From positions 77,173 to 141,172 of the forward strand of contig CAZYVS010000001.1 of the NCBI GenBank assembly GCA_964651655.1: DNA of 64,000 nt, written 5' to 3'. Below are positions 56,601 to 64,000 of the stretch, piece after piece. Within the stretch, counting starts at the first letter, position 1. Every line of letters starts with the position of its first letter. Position numbers and translations under genes: made by a program. The notes beneath the pieces were generated by a model. That model was not told the origin of the DNA. It saw only the letters and a list, made by a program, of their open reading frames with translations, and ran no database searches. The stretch comes from an uncultured Candidatus Saccharibacteria bacterium. GTDB lineage: Bacteria; Patescibacteriota; Minisyncoccia; Phycocordibacterales; Zambryskibacteraceae.

Positions 56601-59600
56601 CCGGGTCGTACTGATACATAGTTGTCCATGCGTTGGAATAATCCCAAACGAGGATTAATCCCGTAACCGGATCTACGGTAAATATCGTCCCAGCCCCACC
56701 CTGTGGAATATTAATGGCCACGGGCGCGTCAGCGGTAGCCGTAAACGTCCCATTCGAATTGTACCGATACAACTTTCTGCTGTTATTGCCTCCTCCCAGA
56801 ACTACACAATTGCATTTCGAGCTATACCTCGCCTGGTTGTGGTAAGAATATAAGCCCGTCAATTGAGGCGAGAAGCCGCCGCCGTTAGTGCTTGCGCGCT
56901 GAACCCATGCTCCGTTGCAATTTCCGGACGCCAAAGACAATTCCCACACTCCCCAATCGCCGTCCAAGAAAACAAGACTGTTGCGATCTGGAAAATATTC
57001 AAGGGCGCCACCGACTTGGAACGCGCCATTGCCCCAGTTTGTGCAGGCAGACCATGTTTGTGTGGCATGACTATATTTTCTAATTTCGGCGGAGTAATAC
57101 CTGCGATGATAGAAGTTCCCTGCCGAATCTATCGCCGAGTGTTCGTACTCATGGGACACGCTTGCGGTGTCCGCGGGAGTCAAATTGCTCCAGGTGTTAT
57201 TTGATTCCGTGTATTTAACAAAACAGTTAATGCTACCACCCGGACCGCCGTTAGGATGAGAGGAACCGGAAATCATTGCGGTGTTATTGAGCGGATTCCA
57301 ATAACCCTCGTCTGCGTATTCCGCACAGCTTCCGGTCGCAGGCGGCCGCAAAATCGCGCCGTCGTTAAAATTATTGGTCGTGAGCGCCGCCCATGTGCCC
57401 GGCTGCATGGAAGCCGCCAAACCTGAAAGCGATGTGCCAGTTATTGTCGTTGTAGGTGTTGGAGTAGGTGTCGGTGTTGGCGCCACATACTTCACCAAAT
57501 AATCTTCCGCAGACCAGCCGTCTACTCCTGAGTCAAAATTAATATTCCACCAATTGTATCCTCCGGCATTGGTCGGACCTCCGACTACGGTACCCAAAGC
57601 TCCTGTGGCTTGGGTGCCAAGAAGAGTTCCGTTGGCGGTGGAGCGGACGTTGAGAGGTCCTGAAGAAACCTGGACTCGGTCATTGATGGAGAATTTGGTG
57701 GAAGGGGTTACCGCAGATACCGCGAAATTCTGGCTTAGGGCAAGGCGTGTACCATAACCATTTTGGGCAAAATATCTGAAGTTGTAATTTCCTGAGACAG
57801 TGGGAACTATGAATGTCAAAGTGGCCGCACTCAAGCCTACGGAGGGTTGAGTTTGTGTTCCATTTAAGTATTGCCAGTTGCCGTTGGGGTGAGCGGTGTC
57901 TGAGACGGACCAAGCTGAATCTGGATCTGAGGAATTGTAGAGAGCCACCCATTCCTGAACTCCACTTACTCCCCCGCTGACTGTGGCTGTGATCGTTCCT
58001 CCCGAAGCTACGGAGGTTTTGTTGATGGAAATGGAAGCGGTTGTTATCGTCGGCGCATTAACCGTCAAAATAAATGTTGAAATTTTAGTAACTAATCCTG
58101 CGGTGGCAGTTACGGTTATCGTAGAGTTTCCAGTCGGCGTTGATGAGAGAGTGTTAATGGTAAGGGTGGGTGAACAGGTCGGAGAGCAGGAAGTTGGAGA
58201 GAATGAAGCGGTAGCTCCTGTGGGAAGACCGGAAACGGTAAATCCTGTTGATTGAGTAGTTCCGGAAGAAAGGGTGGCGGTTACGCTGTTTGAAACTGAC
58301 GATCCCCTTGTGACTGATTTCGATCCTCCGTTGGAGAGAGTGAAGTTGAAAGCTGCGGGTGTTGGAGTTGGCGTGGGAATCGGGGTCGGCGCAACATACT
58401 TCACCAAATAATCCTCCGCAGACCAGCCATCAACTCCTGAATCAAAATTGATGTTCCACCAATTGAATCCTCCGGCATTAGTCGGGCCGCCGATGACTGT
58501 ACCGAGAGCGTTTGTTGTTTGCGTTCCGAGAAGTGTTCCGTTGGCGATGCTTCGGACATTGAGAGGTCCGCTGGTAACTTGGACTCTATCGTTGATTGAG
58601 AATTTGGTTGAAACTGGCGGTGAAGTTGGAGTGGGAGTGGGGGTGGGGGTGGGCGTGGGAGTTGGTGTTGGTGTTGGTGTTGGTGTTGTAACTACTCCCC
58701 CATATTCATACGCGCCGATGTCGTAGGCAGAGCCGACGGGGCGTGTTACCCCATCAAAATCTTTGTCGTACGGAGAGCCTAAAGTTGCTCCAGCGTTAAT
58801 GGCTGGGCTGCCTGACTGCAACCGGAAGTTGCTAAGACCAGGATCGATAAAGAGTGGATTTGAGACGACAGAACATCCTGTAGCTGACGTATCACAGAGA
58901 TTATTTGATTTGATCGAGCCTGACCCATCATCATTTATATCCCTCGTATAACCACACCCGGCGGTGCAGTTGTTCCAAGAGATGTTATTTTTGATTACAG
59001 CGTTCGATGTGCCAGCCTGAGGCCTGACGGAAGTTTCTCTGTTGCCTGTCATCGTATTGTTGTAGACTTTGGTGCCACTGGCCCCATTGCCAATCGAGAT
59101 CGCTGCTCCGCAAGTCTGGCCCATGTTGCCATGTAGGTTGGTAATGAGGTTGCCATAGACCTCGATGTTGTTGCCATCGTAGGTGATAATCCCTTGACCG
59201 CACAGAGTGTTATCCCATTGCGTGCCGGCGCCGCCGCTTGTATCGTGGAACCAATTATATCTGACGATGTTCCCGTGAGTCTTGTTAGCATCGCCGGTGT
59301 AGATTTGTATTCCGGCGCCGGCCCAACCATAAACTTCATTTCGCTCGAACAAGTTATACGGAGTCAATAAGTATACCGCGTTGTTGTAGTTAACCGTATG
59401 TTGCGCATCGAAAGGGACAGTTCCGCCATCATGTATTTTGTTGTTTATGAACTCATTGTAACCGGTTCCGCCAGTCGTCACGGAAGACACAATACCGTGC
59501 TGGGGGCCGTTTTTTATCTCGTTGTTGATAATCCGGATGTGATGGGAACCACTTCCGATCCACACCACCGCATCATCACTTGGGTTACCAGTAATAATAA

Positions 59601-62600
59601 AGCCATCGATAACAAGATAGGATCTGGTGCTGATTCCCAACGCATTGCTAATCGTAACAACGTCGGCGCCGTATCGTTGAATCGTCGTCGGACTACTCCA
59701 TGACGTGCCGGACGGTGGCATCGTGGTTGGAGAAGCATACGTCCCGGCTTTAATCTGAACCGTATCGCCGCTCGACATACAGGAGAAAGCGGAATCAAGC
59801 GTTAATTTCGGCGTTGCCTGATTTTTTGCGGCCGTACAGGAGTTTGAATCGCTTCCAGTTGTTGCAACATAATAAACATTTCCTGTAGTTGAAGTTGTAG
59901 GTGTTGGCGTGGGGATTGGAGTCGGAGTCGGCGCAACATACTTCACCAAATAATCCTCTCCGCTCCAGCCATCAGGCGCATTGTCAAAATTAATCTGCCA
60001 CCAGTTGACCGTGTTTCCGCTAAGCAAGGCCGCGGTTGGACCTCCGATGACCGTGCCAAGAGCGTTTGTTGCTTGAGTGCCAAGAATCGTTCCTGCCGGA
60101 GTTTGGCGGACATTGACCGGACCTAAAGAAACTTGAACACGGTCGTTGATTGAGAATTTAGTGGAGACTGGCGGTGAAGTTGGAGTGGGAGTGGGGGTGG
60201 GGGTGGGCGTGGGAGTTGGTGTTGGTGTTGGTGTTGGTGTTGTAACTACTCCCCCATATTCATACGCGCCGATGTCGTAGGCAGAGCCGACGGGGCGTGT
60301 TACCCCATCAAAGTCTTTGTCATAAGGAGCGCCAAGATTTGCTCCGGCGTTGATGGCGGGAGAGGAGGATTGGAGATGGAAGTCGTTTGCGGTTGGGTTT
60401 ACAAATAACGGGTCTTGTTGTGAGCCGCTGCATACGTTCACATTTGTGGAAACCTGATGGCAGAGATTATTTGCCATGGTTGCCGCAGCGCCATTGTAAT
60501 AAATAATTCCTGAATTGGCATTTTTTATGATGTTGTTCTTGATCAAAGTGCCGATCGCTCCGCCGGAGTAGCCGACTTCAATAGCTGAAGCTGCGCCATA
60601 AATTGTATTACTATAGACAAGTGTATTGCTTGCACCGCGGGAGACACCAATTCCATGAGCCTGCGGATGGTTATAGATTAAGTTATTGTAGATCTGTTTA
60701 TTGTTCCCCTGCGACACAACAACACCGCCATAGGCAATATTGTCGTGGATAAAATTGTTGCGAATGATAGAGTTTGATATCGTGCCGCCGTACCACTGAA
60801 TACCATAACCATAATTGTTATAAATCTCATTGCCTTCAATAAGTAAGCCGTCGCCGACCTGGTAAAAACCATGGTCTGCCGGAGTGTCGCCATTGTGGTG
60901 AATCTTTGAACGCAGTACTTCTACTCCGTTACAATCGCTGAACACTCCTTGTCCGCCAAAGTTCCTTATTTCACCATTTTGAAATCTAATATTGCTTGCA
61001 CCAGAATAACAAACTATACCATCTCCCGTTCTCCCAAAACTTGCATCCTCGGAATTAATTGCGGTAATACCGCTGCCATCCAAAACCAGCCTGTCAAATA
61101 TTATATATCTTGCCGCCGCACCAATGATGGTAATGCCTTCTGGCGCACTATTTGTAGGCTTGATGATTACCACCTCGCCAGGGTATGAGGCTATCAACGG
61201 GGCATTGGAAAATGATGTTCCAGCAGGCCATAAAAAGCTGTTGCCGCCGAGCCGCTCGGCGTAAGCACCGGCGCGAATGTAAAGAGTATCCCCGGCGGCA
61301 AGACAGAGTATGCCAGCATTTATCGTCCTCTTCGGCGTATTAATATTCTTCGCCTGCGCGCAAGTATTTGCATCGTTGCCGGTGGTGGCTACATAATAAA
61401 CATTTCCCGTGGTAGTAATTGTGGGCGTAGGGGTGGGAGTTGGCGCAACATACTTCACCAAATAATCCTCCGCAGACCAGCCATCAACTCCTGAATCAAA
61501 ATTGATGTTCCACCAATTGAATCCTCCGGCATTAGTCGGGCCGCCGATGACTGTACCGAGAGCGTTTGTTGTTTGCGTTCCGAGAAGTGTTCCGTTGGCG
61601 ATGCTTCGGACATTGAGAGGTCCGCTGGTAACTTGGACTCTATCGTTGATTGAGAATTTGGTTGAAACTGGCGGTGAAGTTGGAGTGGGAGTGGGGGTGG
61701 GGGTGGGCGTGGGAGTTGGTGTTGGTGTTGGTGTTGGTGTTGGTGTTGGTGTTGGTGTTGTAACTACTCCCCCATATTCATACGCTCCGATGTCGTAGGC
61801 AGAGCCAACTGGCCTTTGAACTCCGTCAAAGTCTTTGTCATAAGGAGCGCCTAAAATTGCTCCGGCGTTGATGGCGGGAGAAGTGGACTGGAGATGGAAA
61901 TCTTTTCCTGCCGCGTTTACAAAAAGAGGGTTGGCGACGATAGCGCATCCGGTCTTGCTAACGTCGCAAAGATTTGTGCCAAAAGTTGGTGGTGAACCGC
62001 TATTAACAACAACCATGCCGTAGCTGTTCGATCCTGGAATGATGATGTTGTTCTTTACCACGCTCGTGCTGTTGGTGGTTATAAAAGGAAAACAATTCGA
62101 GTTAGTATTGTGAATCGTATTATTGTAAATATTAATCGGTCCTGTTGTGTTATTAAGGGCGATAATCGGTCCTCCTTCTGTATTGGTATTACGGCAGGCA
62201 TAAATCAGGTTATTGTGAAGGCTAATATTTTGAGCGTAAGATGAGAACTGAATTCCCGGAGCGCCCCAATGCGGCGAGCCCGTATCCTGGATCGCAAAAT
62301 CACGAATAACGTTATAGCGAATTTCACCTCCATCTGTGCGCCTATCGCTTGTTGCTTCGCCGTATTTAATAGCCGCGGAGCCTGTATTGTAAAAATTGCA
62401 GCGCTCTACAATCGCTCGCTTCCCTTCGTTATATATCGGGAATGAGCCAGCGGTATCGACTTCCCCGCCTATGTCGTGCATTACACAATTTTGAATAAGA
62501 ATGTCGGCGGTATTACGCTGAATGATGAATCCGTTTCCCATAGTGACTCCTGCTCCCGCGCCATAAAGTTCAAAATTTTTGAATGTGAGATGATGTGAAC

Positions 62601-63855
62601 CTTGCCCGTCTGAACCGGCGCAATTATTTTCAGGGTCTCCTCCAACCCAAATCGCCTCAGCTGCCCAATCGACATACGATGCGTCAAATGTTAAGCCGTC
62701 AATAGTAATATATGATTTCGCACAGAATCCAAGAACTCCGCGATTTGAAGGCGAAGTTGCCAAAACAACTTTTTCAGATTGATAACGGCTGATGGTTGTA
62801 TATTTGGCACTGGTGCCACTTGGAATAGCGTCAACCGACTCGGTATATGTTCCGCCACGGATTAAAAGAGTGTCTCCGGACGCAAGACAGGAAACTCCGG
62901 CGTTTATTGTTTTCTTTGGCGTGCCTATATTATTCTTCGCCTGCGCGCAGGAGTTTGAATCGCTTCCAGTCGTCGCCACATAATAAACATTTCCTGTAGT
63001 TGAAGTTGTAGGTATTGGAGAAGGAGTTGGAGTGGGGGTGGGAGTTGGGGTCGGTGTCGGCGTTGGAGTTGGCGTGGGGGTTGGGGTCGAGGAAACATTT
63101 GCCGAATTATAAATATCCAAAACTTCTTGCGCCGAAAGCGCGCGGTTGTATATGCGGACATCATCGGTTTGGCCATTGAAAAAATACCCCGCATCTCCTC
63201 TTTGCCCGATTCTTAACGGAAGGTTGGCTTGTGTGCGAGTGCGCCCTATTGCCTGATTGTTGACTTCTAATCCGTTTACATAAAGACGAAGCGAGGAGTT
63301 TTCATAAGTCATTGCGAGATGATACCAAGCTCCAGTTGAAAGAGCGCTTGGAGAATAAAGGTAAAATGCATTAGTCGATCCGCCGCCGATATTAAGCAGT
63401 GCCATCACAAAACCGCTTGTATCTACGGCCACTCCGTAATATCCGTCCGACCATTCATGAAGACCTTGATTTCCGATAGCTGAATTCCAATCCGTATTTG
63501 CAAAAGAATTTGCTTTAACCCAAACACTAAAAGTAAGTTGCTGTGGCGCAATACTTGCCTGATATGGAACTTCGACATAGTCATTTATTCCGTCAAAACT
63601 CAACGCCTGGCCGATTTTGCCAGTTGTGAATGTTGGGCCGTTTACGAGTGTCCCGGTATTAGTTCCTACAGAATCATTGGCATTTCCGTCAAACTTCCAA
63701 TGAGCAACAAGGCCGGAGGTTGGGGCAACCTGCGCCAGTTGTGTTTCGAGCCTGATCTGGGTAAAGAGGGTAGGAATGATTATTTTCTGGGAGAAGAGAA
63801 AAGCTCCGATGAAGAAGATCGCGGAGAGTATTAACTTTGAGGTGTTAGTTTGCAT
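53629..63855 (-). CDS. giant (3408 aa) secreted surface protein: LamG + repeated right-handed beta-helix (pectate-lyase-like) units + SH3-like modules + Fn3-like domain + C-terminal peptidoglycan-binding domain, joined by (TP)n linkers
   Basis: Signal peptide MQTNTSKLILSAIFFIGAFLF. Laminin_G_3-like (…LSFDGINDYVEV…YHLAMTYENSSLRLYVNGL…DDVRIYNRALS). Four blocks ending DFHLQSxSPAINAG…YDKDFDGVxRPVGSAYDIGAYEYGG (beta-helix C-terminal motif). Four KFSINDRVQV…NVR…GT.LGTQ…WWNINFD…GWSAEDYLVKY modules. TPTPTPTP… linkers. C-terminal PG_binding_1-like …VRCLQKYLNAGGF…PATRNALSRWQ. Confidence 0.8.
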   Translation of the reverse strand: MQTNTSKLILSAIFFIGAFLFSQKIIIPTLFTQIRLETQLAQVAPTSGLVAHWKFDGNANDSVGTNTGTLVNGPTFTTGKIGQALSFDGINDYVEVPYQASIAPQQLTFSVWVKANSFANTDWNSAIGNQGLHEWSDGYYGVAVDTSGFVMALLNIGGGSTNAFYLYSPSALSTGAWYHLAMTYENSSLRLYVNGLEVNNQAIGRTRTQANLPLRIGQRGDAGYFFNGQTDDVRIYNRALSAQEVLDIYNSANVSSTPTPTPTPTPTPTPTPTPTPTPSPIPTTSTTGNVYYVATTGSDSNSCAQAKNNIGTPKKTINAGVSCLASGDTLLIRGGTYTESVDAIPSGTSAKYTTISRYQSEKVVLATSPSNRGVLGFCAKSYITIDGLTFDASYVDWAAEAIWVGGDPENNCAGSDGQGSHHLTFKNFELYGAGAGVTMGNGFIIQRNTADILIQNCVMHDIGGEVDTAGSFPIYNEGKRAIVERCNFYNTGSAAIKYGEATSDRRTDGGEIRYNVIRDFAIQDTGSPHWGAPGIQFSSYAQNISLHNNLIYACRNTNTEGGPIIALNNTTGPINIYNNTIHNTNSNCFPFITTNSTSVVKNNIIIPGSNSYGMVVVNSGSPPTFGTNLCDVSKTGCAIVANPLFVNAAGKDFHLQSTSPAINAGAILGAPYDKDFDGVQRPVGSAYDIGAYEYGGVVTTPTPTPTPTPTPTPTPTPTPTPTPTPTSPPVSTKFSINDRVQVTSGPLNVRSIANGTLLGTQTTNALGTVIGGPTNAGGFNWWNINFDSGVDGWSAEDYLVKYVAPTPTPTPTITTTGNVYYVATTGNDANTCAQAKNINTPKRTINAGILCLAAGDTLYIRAGAYAERLGGNSFLWPAGTSFSNAPLIASYPGEVVIIKPTNSAPEGITIIGAAARYIIFDRLVLDGSGITAINSEDASFGRTGDGIVCYSGASNIRFQNGEIRNFGGQGVFSDCNGVEVLRSKIHHNGDTPADHGFYQVGDGLLIEGNEIYNNYGYGIQWYGGTISNSIIRNNFIHDNIAYGGVVVSQGNNKQIYNNLIYNHPQAHGIGVSRGASNTLVYSNTIYGAASAIEVGYSGGAIGTLIKNNIIKNANSGIIYYNGAAATMANNLCHQVSTNVNVCSGSQQDPLFVNPTANDFHLQSSSPAINAGANLGAPYDKDFDGVTRPVGSAYDIGAYEYGGVVTTPTPTPTPTPTPTPTPTPTPTSPPVSTKFSINDRVQVSLGPVNVRQTPAGTILGTQATNALGTVIGGPTAALLSGNTVNWWQINFDNAPDGWSGEDYLVKYVAPTPTPIPTPTPTTSTTGNVYYVATTGSDSNSCTAAKNQATPKLTLDSAFSCMSSGDTVQIKAGTYASPTTMPPSGTSWSSPTTIQRYGADVVTISNALGISTRSYLVIDGFIITGNPSDDAVVWIGSGSHHIRIINNEIKNGPQHGIVSSVTTGGTGYNEFINNKIHDGGTVPFDAQHTVNYNNAVYLLTPYNLFERNEVYGWAGAGIQIYTGDANKTHGNIVRYNWFHDTSGGAGTQWDNTLCGQGIITYDGNNIEVYGNLITNLHGNMGQTCGAAISIGNGASGTKVYNNTMTGNRETSVRPQAGTSNAVIKNNISWNNCTAGCGYTRDINDDGSGSIKSNNLCDTSATGCSVVSNPLFIDPGLSNFRLQSGSPAINAGATLGSPYDKDFDGVTRPVGSAYDIGAYEYGGVVTTPTPTPTPTPTPTPTPTPTPTSPPVSTKFSINDRVQVTSGPLNVRSIANGTLLGTQTTNALGTVIGGPTNAGGFNWWNINFDSGVDGWSAEDYLVKYVAPTPIPTPTPTPAAFNFTLSNGGSKSVTRGSSVSNSVTATLSSGTTQSTGFTVSGLPTGATASFSPTSCSPTCSPTLTINTLSSTPTGNSTITVTATAGLVTKISTFILTVNAPTITTASISINKTSVASGGTITATVSGGVSGVQEWVALYNSSDPDSAWSVSDTAHPNGNWQYLNGTQTQPSVGLSAATLTFIVPTVSGNYNFRYFAQNGYGTRLALSQNFAVSAVTPSTKFSINDRVQVSSGPLNVRSTANGTLLGTQATGALGTVVGGPTNAGGYNWWNINFDSGVDGWSAEDYLVKYVAPTPTPTPTPTTTITGTSLSGLAASMQPGTWAALTTNNFNDGAILRPPATGSCAEYADEGYWNPLNNTAMISGSSHPNGGPGGSINCFVKYTESNNTWSNLTPADTASVSHEYEHSAIDSAGNFYHRRYYSAEIRKYSHATQTWSACTNWGNGAFQVGGALEYFPDRNSLVFLDGDWGVWELSLASGNCNGAWVQRASTNGGGFSPQLTGLYSYHNQARYSSKCNCVVLGGGNNSRKLYRYNSNGTFTATADAPVAINIPQGGAGTIFTVDPVTGLILVWDYSNAWTTMYQYDPATNVWSTINRTSPIFPGPEGGVTETIAVPISNYGVIMFVQAGSSSGGRVYLYKHSASSGTVITPTPTPTPTPSPTPTPTPTPSPTPTPTPILGSSDFQARCSAAGVIRCFSFDSSADLGVVGSNAYGANVGAFNNTSGGLTPTIDLTTSADGGGSMKFIIPSQSGSGASGQWFANFSPDLSIRFGENSDFYVQWRQKFSPEFISTNYLPAAGWKQLIISAGDKPGALYSSCTALETVVQNINLRGFPAMYNSCTGSASHGAYDPFQELFGSYDFKLQNAMPSPYCLYSQNWKLGAAQTNPPGNCFKYFAGEWMTFQAHIHTGPRVNDEWRDSHVDLWVSREGQPPVQVFNWGPYALSAGSAAEDMRYGKIWLLPYHTGKDSSQVHPTAYTWYDDLIISRNPIADPSGTALSSAPTPPPAGGPTPTPTPIPTPIPTPTPTPTPTPVSGGIITLINFGSTSAQNIFGLSGWSTPIKDIYTDYRAIGPGGTAIVVGDNWTYNYQGVTGSTRTFSSGEKIMATWYNNTSSSITFTPNISFTDPDRISSGAAGTWYPMSSVTIPAFGSATTNFTFTSSSAGAYSIVNINSNYQNTGTLIADKIELVPLGSVTSIPTPTPTPTPTPDSTSSPQATPTSSPSAPIISGPKVSISQGTATVTWSTNVPATTWVDYGATSAYGRSSPTNSTLTTVHSVTLSGLTPGPYNLRAASAASSVTGTSANLIFEVRPKPPAISSITVTPGSIILTWPQVSFPGYVGVAILRSITGFITSYDSLSQIATTTGNTYTDKDVTPGTVYYYSLFVVDDQNNYSDPATVSFTAPASSSTSAPTSTPTPISQAQSSGGGGGGGGGSRSSSGSSSASSVTTSVGLLPSNFNSLTTDQKIVILSAKIAELRILINNALISQGQPPILLSTCSFNRNLTLGSVGEDVRCLQKYLNAGGFTVSLSGPGSFGNESNYFGPATRNALSRWQRSNNVVPSVGYFGSLSRDKYLELAR
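58388..58790. repeat. intragenic near-identical repeat unit (SH3-like module + (TP)n linker + start of next block). ~300 nt are identical to 61443-61745, and ~180 nt (58610-58790) are identical to 60150-60330
   Basis: Direct comparison of the three stretches. The copy at 61.7 kb carries two extra GTTGGT units. Confidence 0.75.
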
Positions 63856-64000
63856 GAACAGAAAGACTGGAAGTTTTTTGAGTTTTCTACAAAGTTAATT
63901 ATAGTGTATACTTGTTGTTAGTACTATGTGTATAACTTCCTTCATCAAGTAGTCTTAAAAATTAGATTTTAAATATCTTCACACTCGATATTTCTGATTA

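Noticed and set aside
54770-63090. Arrays of short GT-rich direct repeats (GTTGGT/GGTGTT units at ~55270-55340, 56330-56420, 58620-58690, 60170-60240, 61680-61760, 63020-63090) that could look like CRISPR-like periodic repeats
   Set aside because: They are 6-nt microsatellites lying in-frame on the coding strand of the giant gene, encoding (TP)n linkers. There are no 25-40 nt repeats with unique spacers and no cas genes.
53879-63834. About 25 plus-strand ORFs of 60-113 aa listed inside 53.6-63.9 kb (e.g. 58448-58726 and 61502-61798, which are near-identical)
   Set aside because: They are antisense to the 3408-aa gene. Their identity merely mirrors the sense-strand internal repeats, and their composition (VGVGVGVG) is the antisense of the TP linkers.

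Overview
This 64 kb window looks like part of a small, streamlined bacterial genome. The gene content points to a Candidate Phyla Radiation (Patescibacteria/Parcubacteria-like) organism using the standard genetic code. That inference rests on: mrdA-mreDCB, a delta' subunit without a P-loop, a tandem array of VirB2/TrbC-like small pilin paralogs, an O-antigen-ligase+TPR protein, giant PPPP/(TP)n-linked surface proteins and a compact RNase P RNA. I call about 60 CDS, 5 tRNAs (Val-GAC, Ser-CGA, Glu-TTC, Arg-CCT, Phe-GAA) and an RNase P RNA.

Housekeeping genes: mrdA(partial)-mreD-mreC-mreB, proS, rseP, frr, holB-like, FKBP isomerase, LOG, DoxX, SPFH, a solute-binding protein, gyrA, MBL hydrolase, rpsA, pth, lepB, a HisRS-like gene, peroxiredoxin, rpsU, ybeY, ftsA, ftsZ, trxB, three GH130 units, tsaD, valS, prsW, Hsp20, glutaredoxin-like, lepA, murJ, and an O-antigen-ligase/TPR protein.

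Accessory and unusual content:
- Two REP-associated tyrosine transposase (RAYT-like) genes, each with its own palindromic REP family. Family 2 (CAAGGTYCGACCTTG core) occurs upstream of RAYT2 next to tRNA-Arg, and in-frame inside RAYT2. It also occurs twice as 42-nt (14-codon) in-frame insertions inside the conserved lepA gene, analogous to Rickettsia palindromic elements.
- A separate perfect 44-nt palindrome lies in-frame inside rseP.
- An AT-rich island sits next to a tRNA cluster, with a duplicated tRNA-Glu 3' end beside it. It carries a C-protein-like HTH regulator, two unrecognisable ORFs (restriction endonuclease candidates), and a gamma-class plus a beta-class DNA methyltransferase, consistent with a putative Type IIS-like R-M system. 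It also carries a LexA-like S24 repressor with a palindromic operator in a leaderless promoter, divergent from a small GIY-YIG gene.
- A 10.2 kb gene encodes a 3408-aa secreted protein (LamG, beta-helix/pectate-lyase-like repeats, SH3-like modules, Fn3-like, PG-binding). It contains near-identical 300-360 nt internal repeats and (ACACCA)n microsatellites.

No CRISPR array was found.
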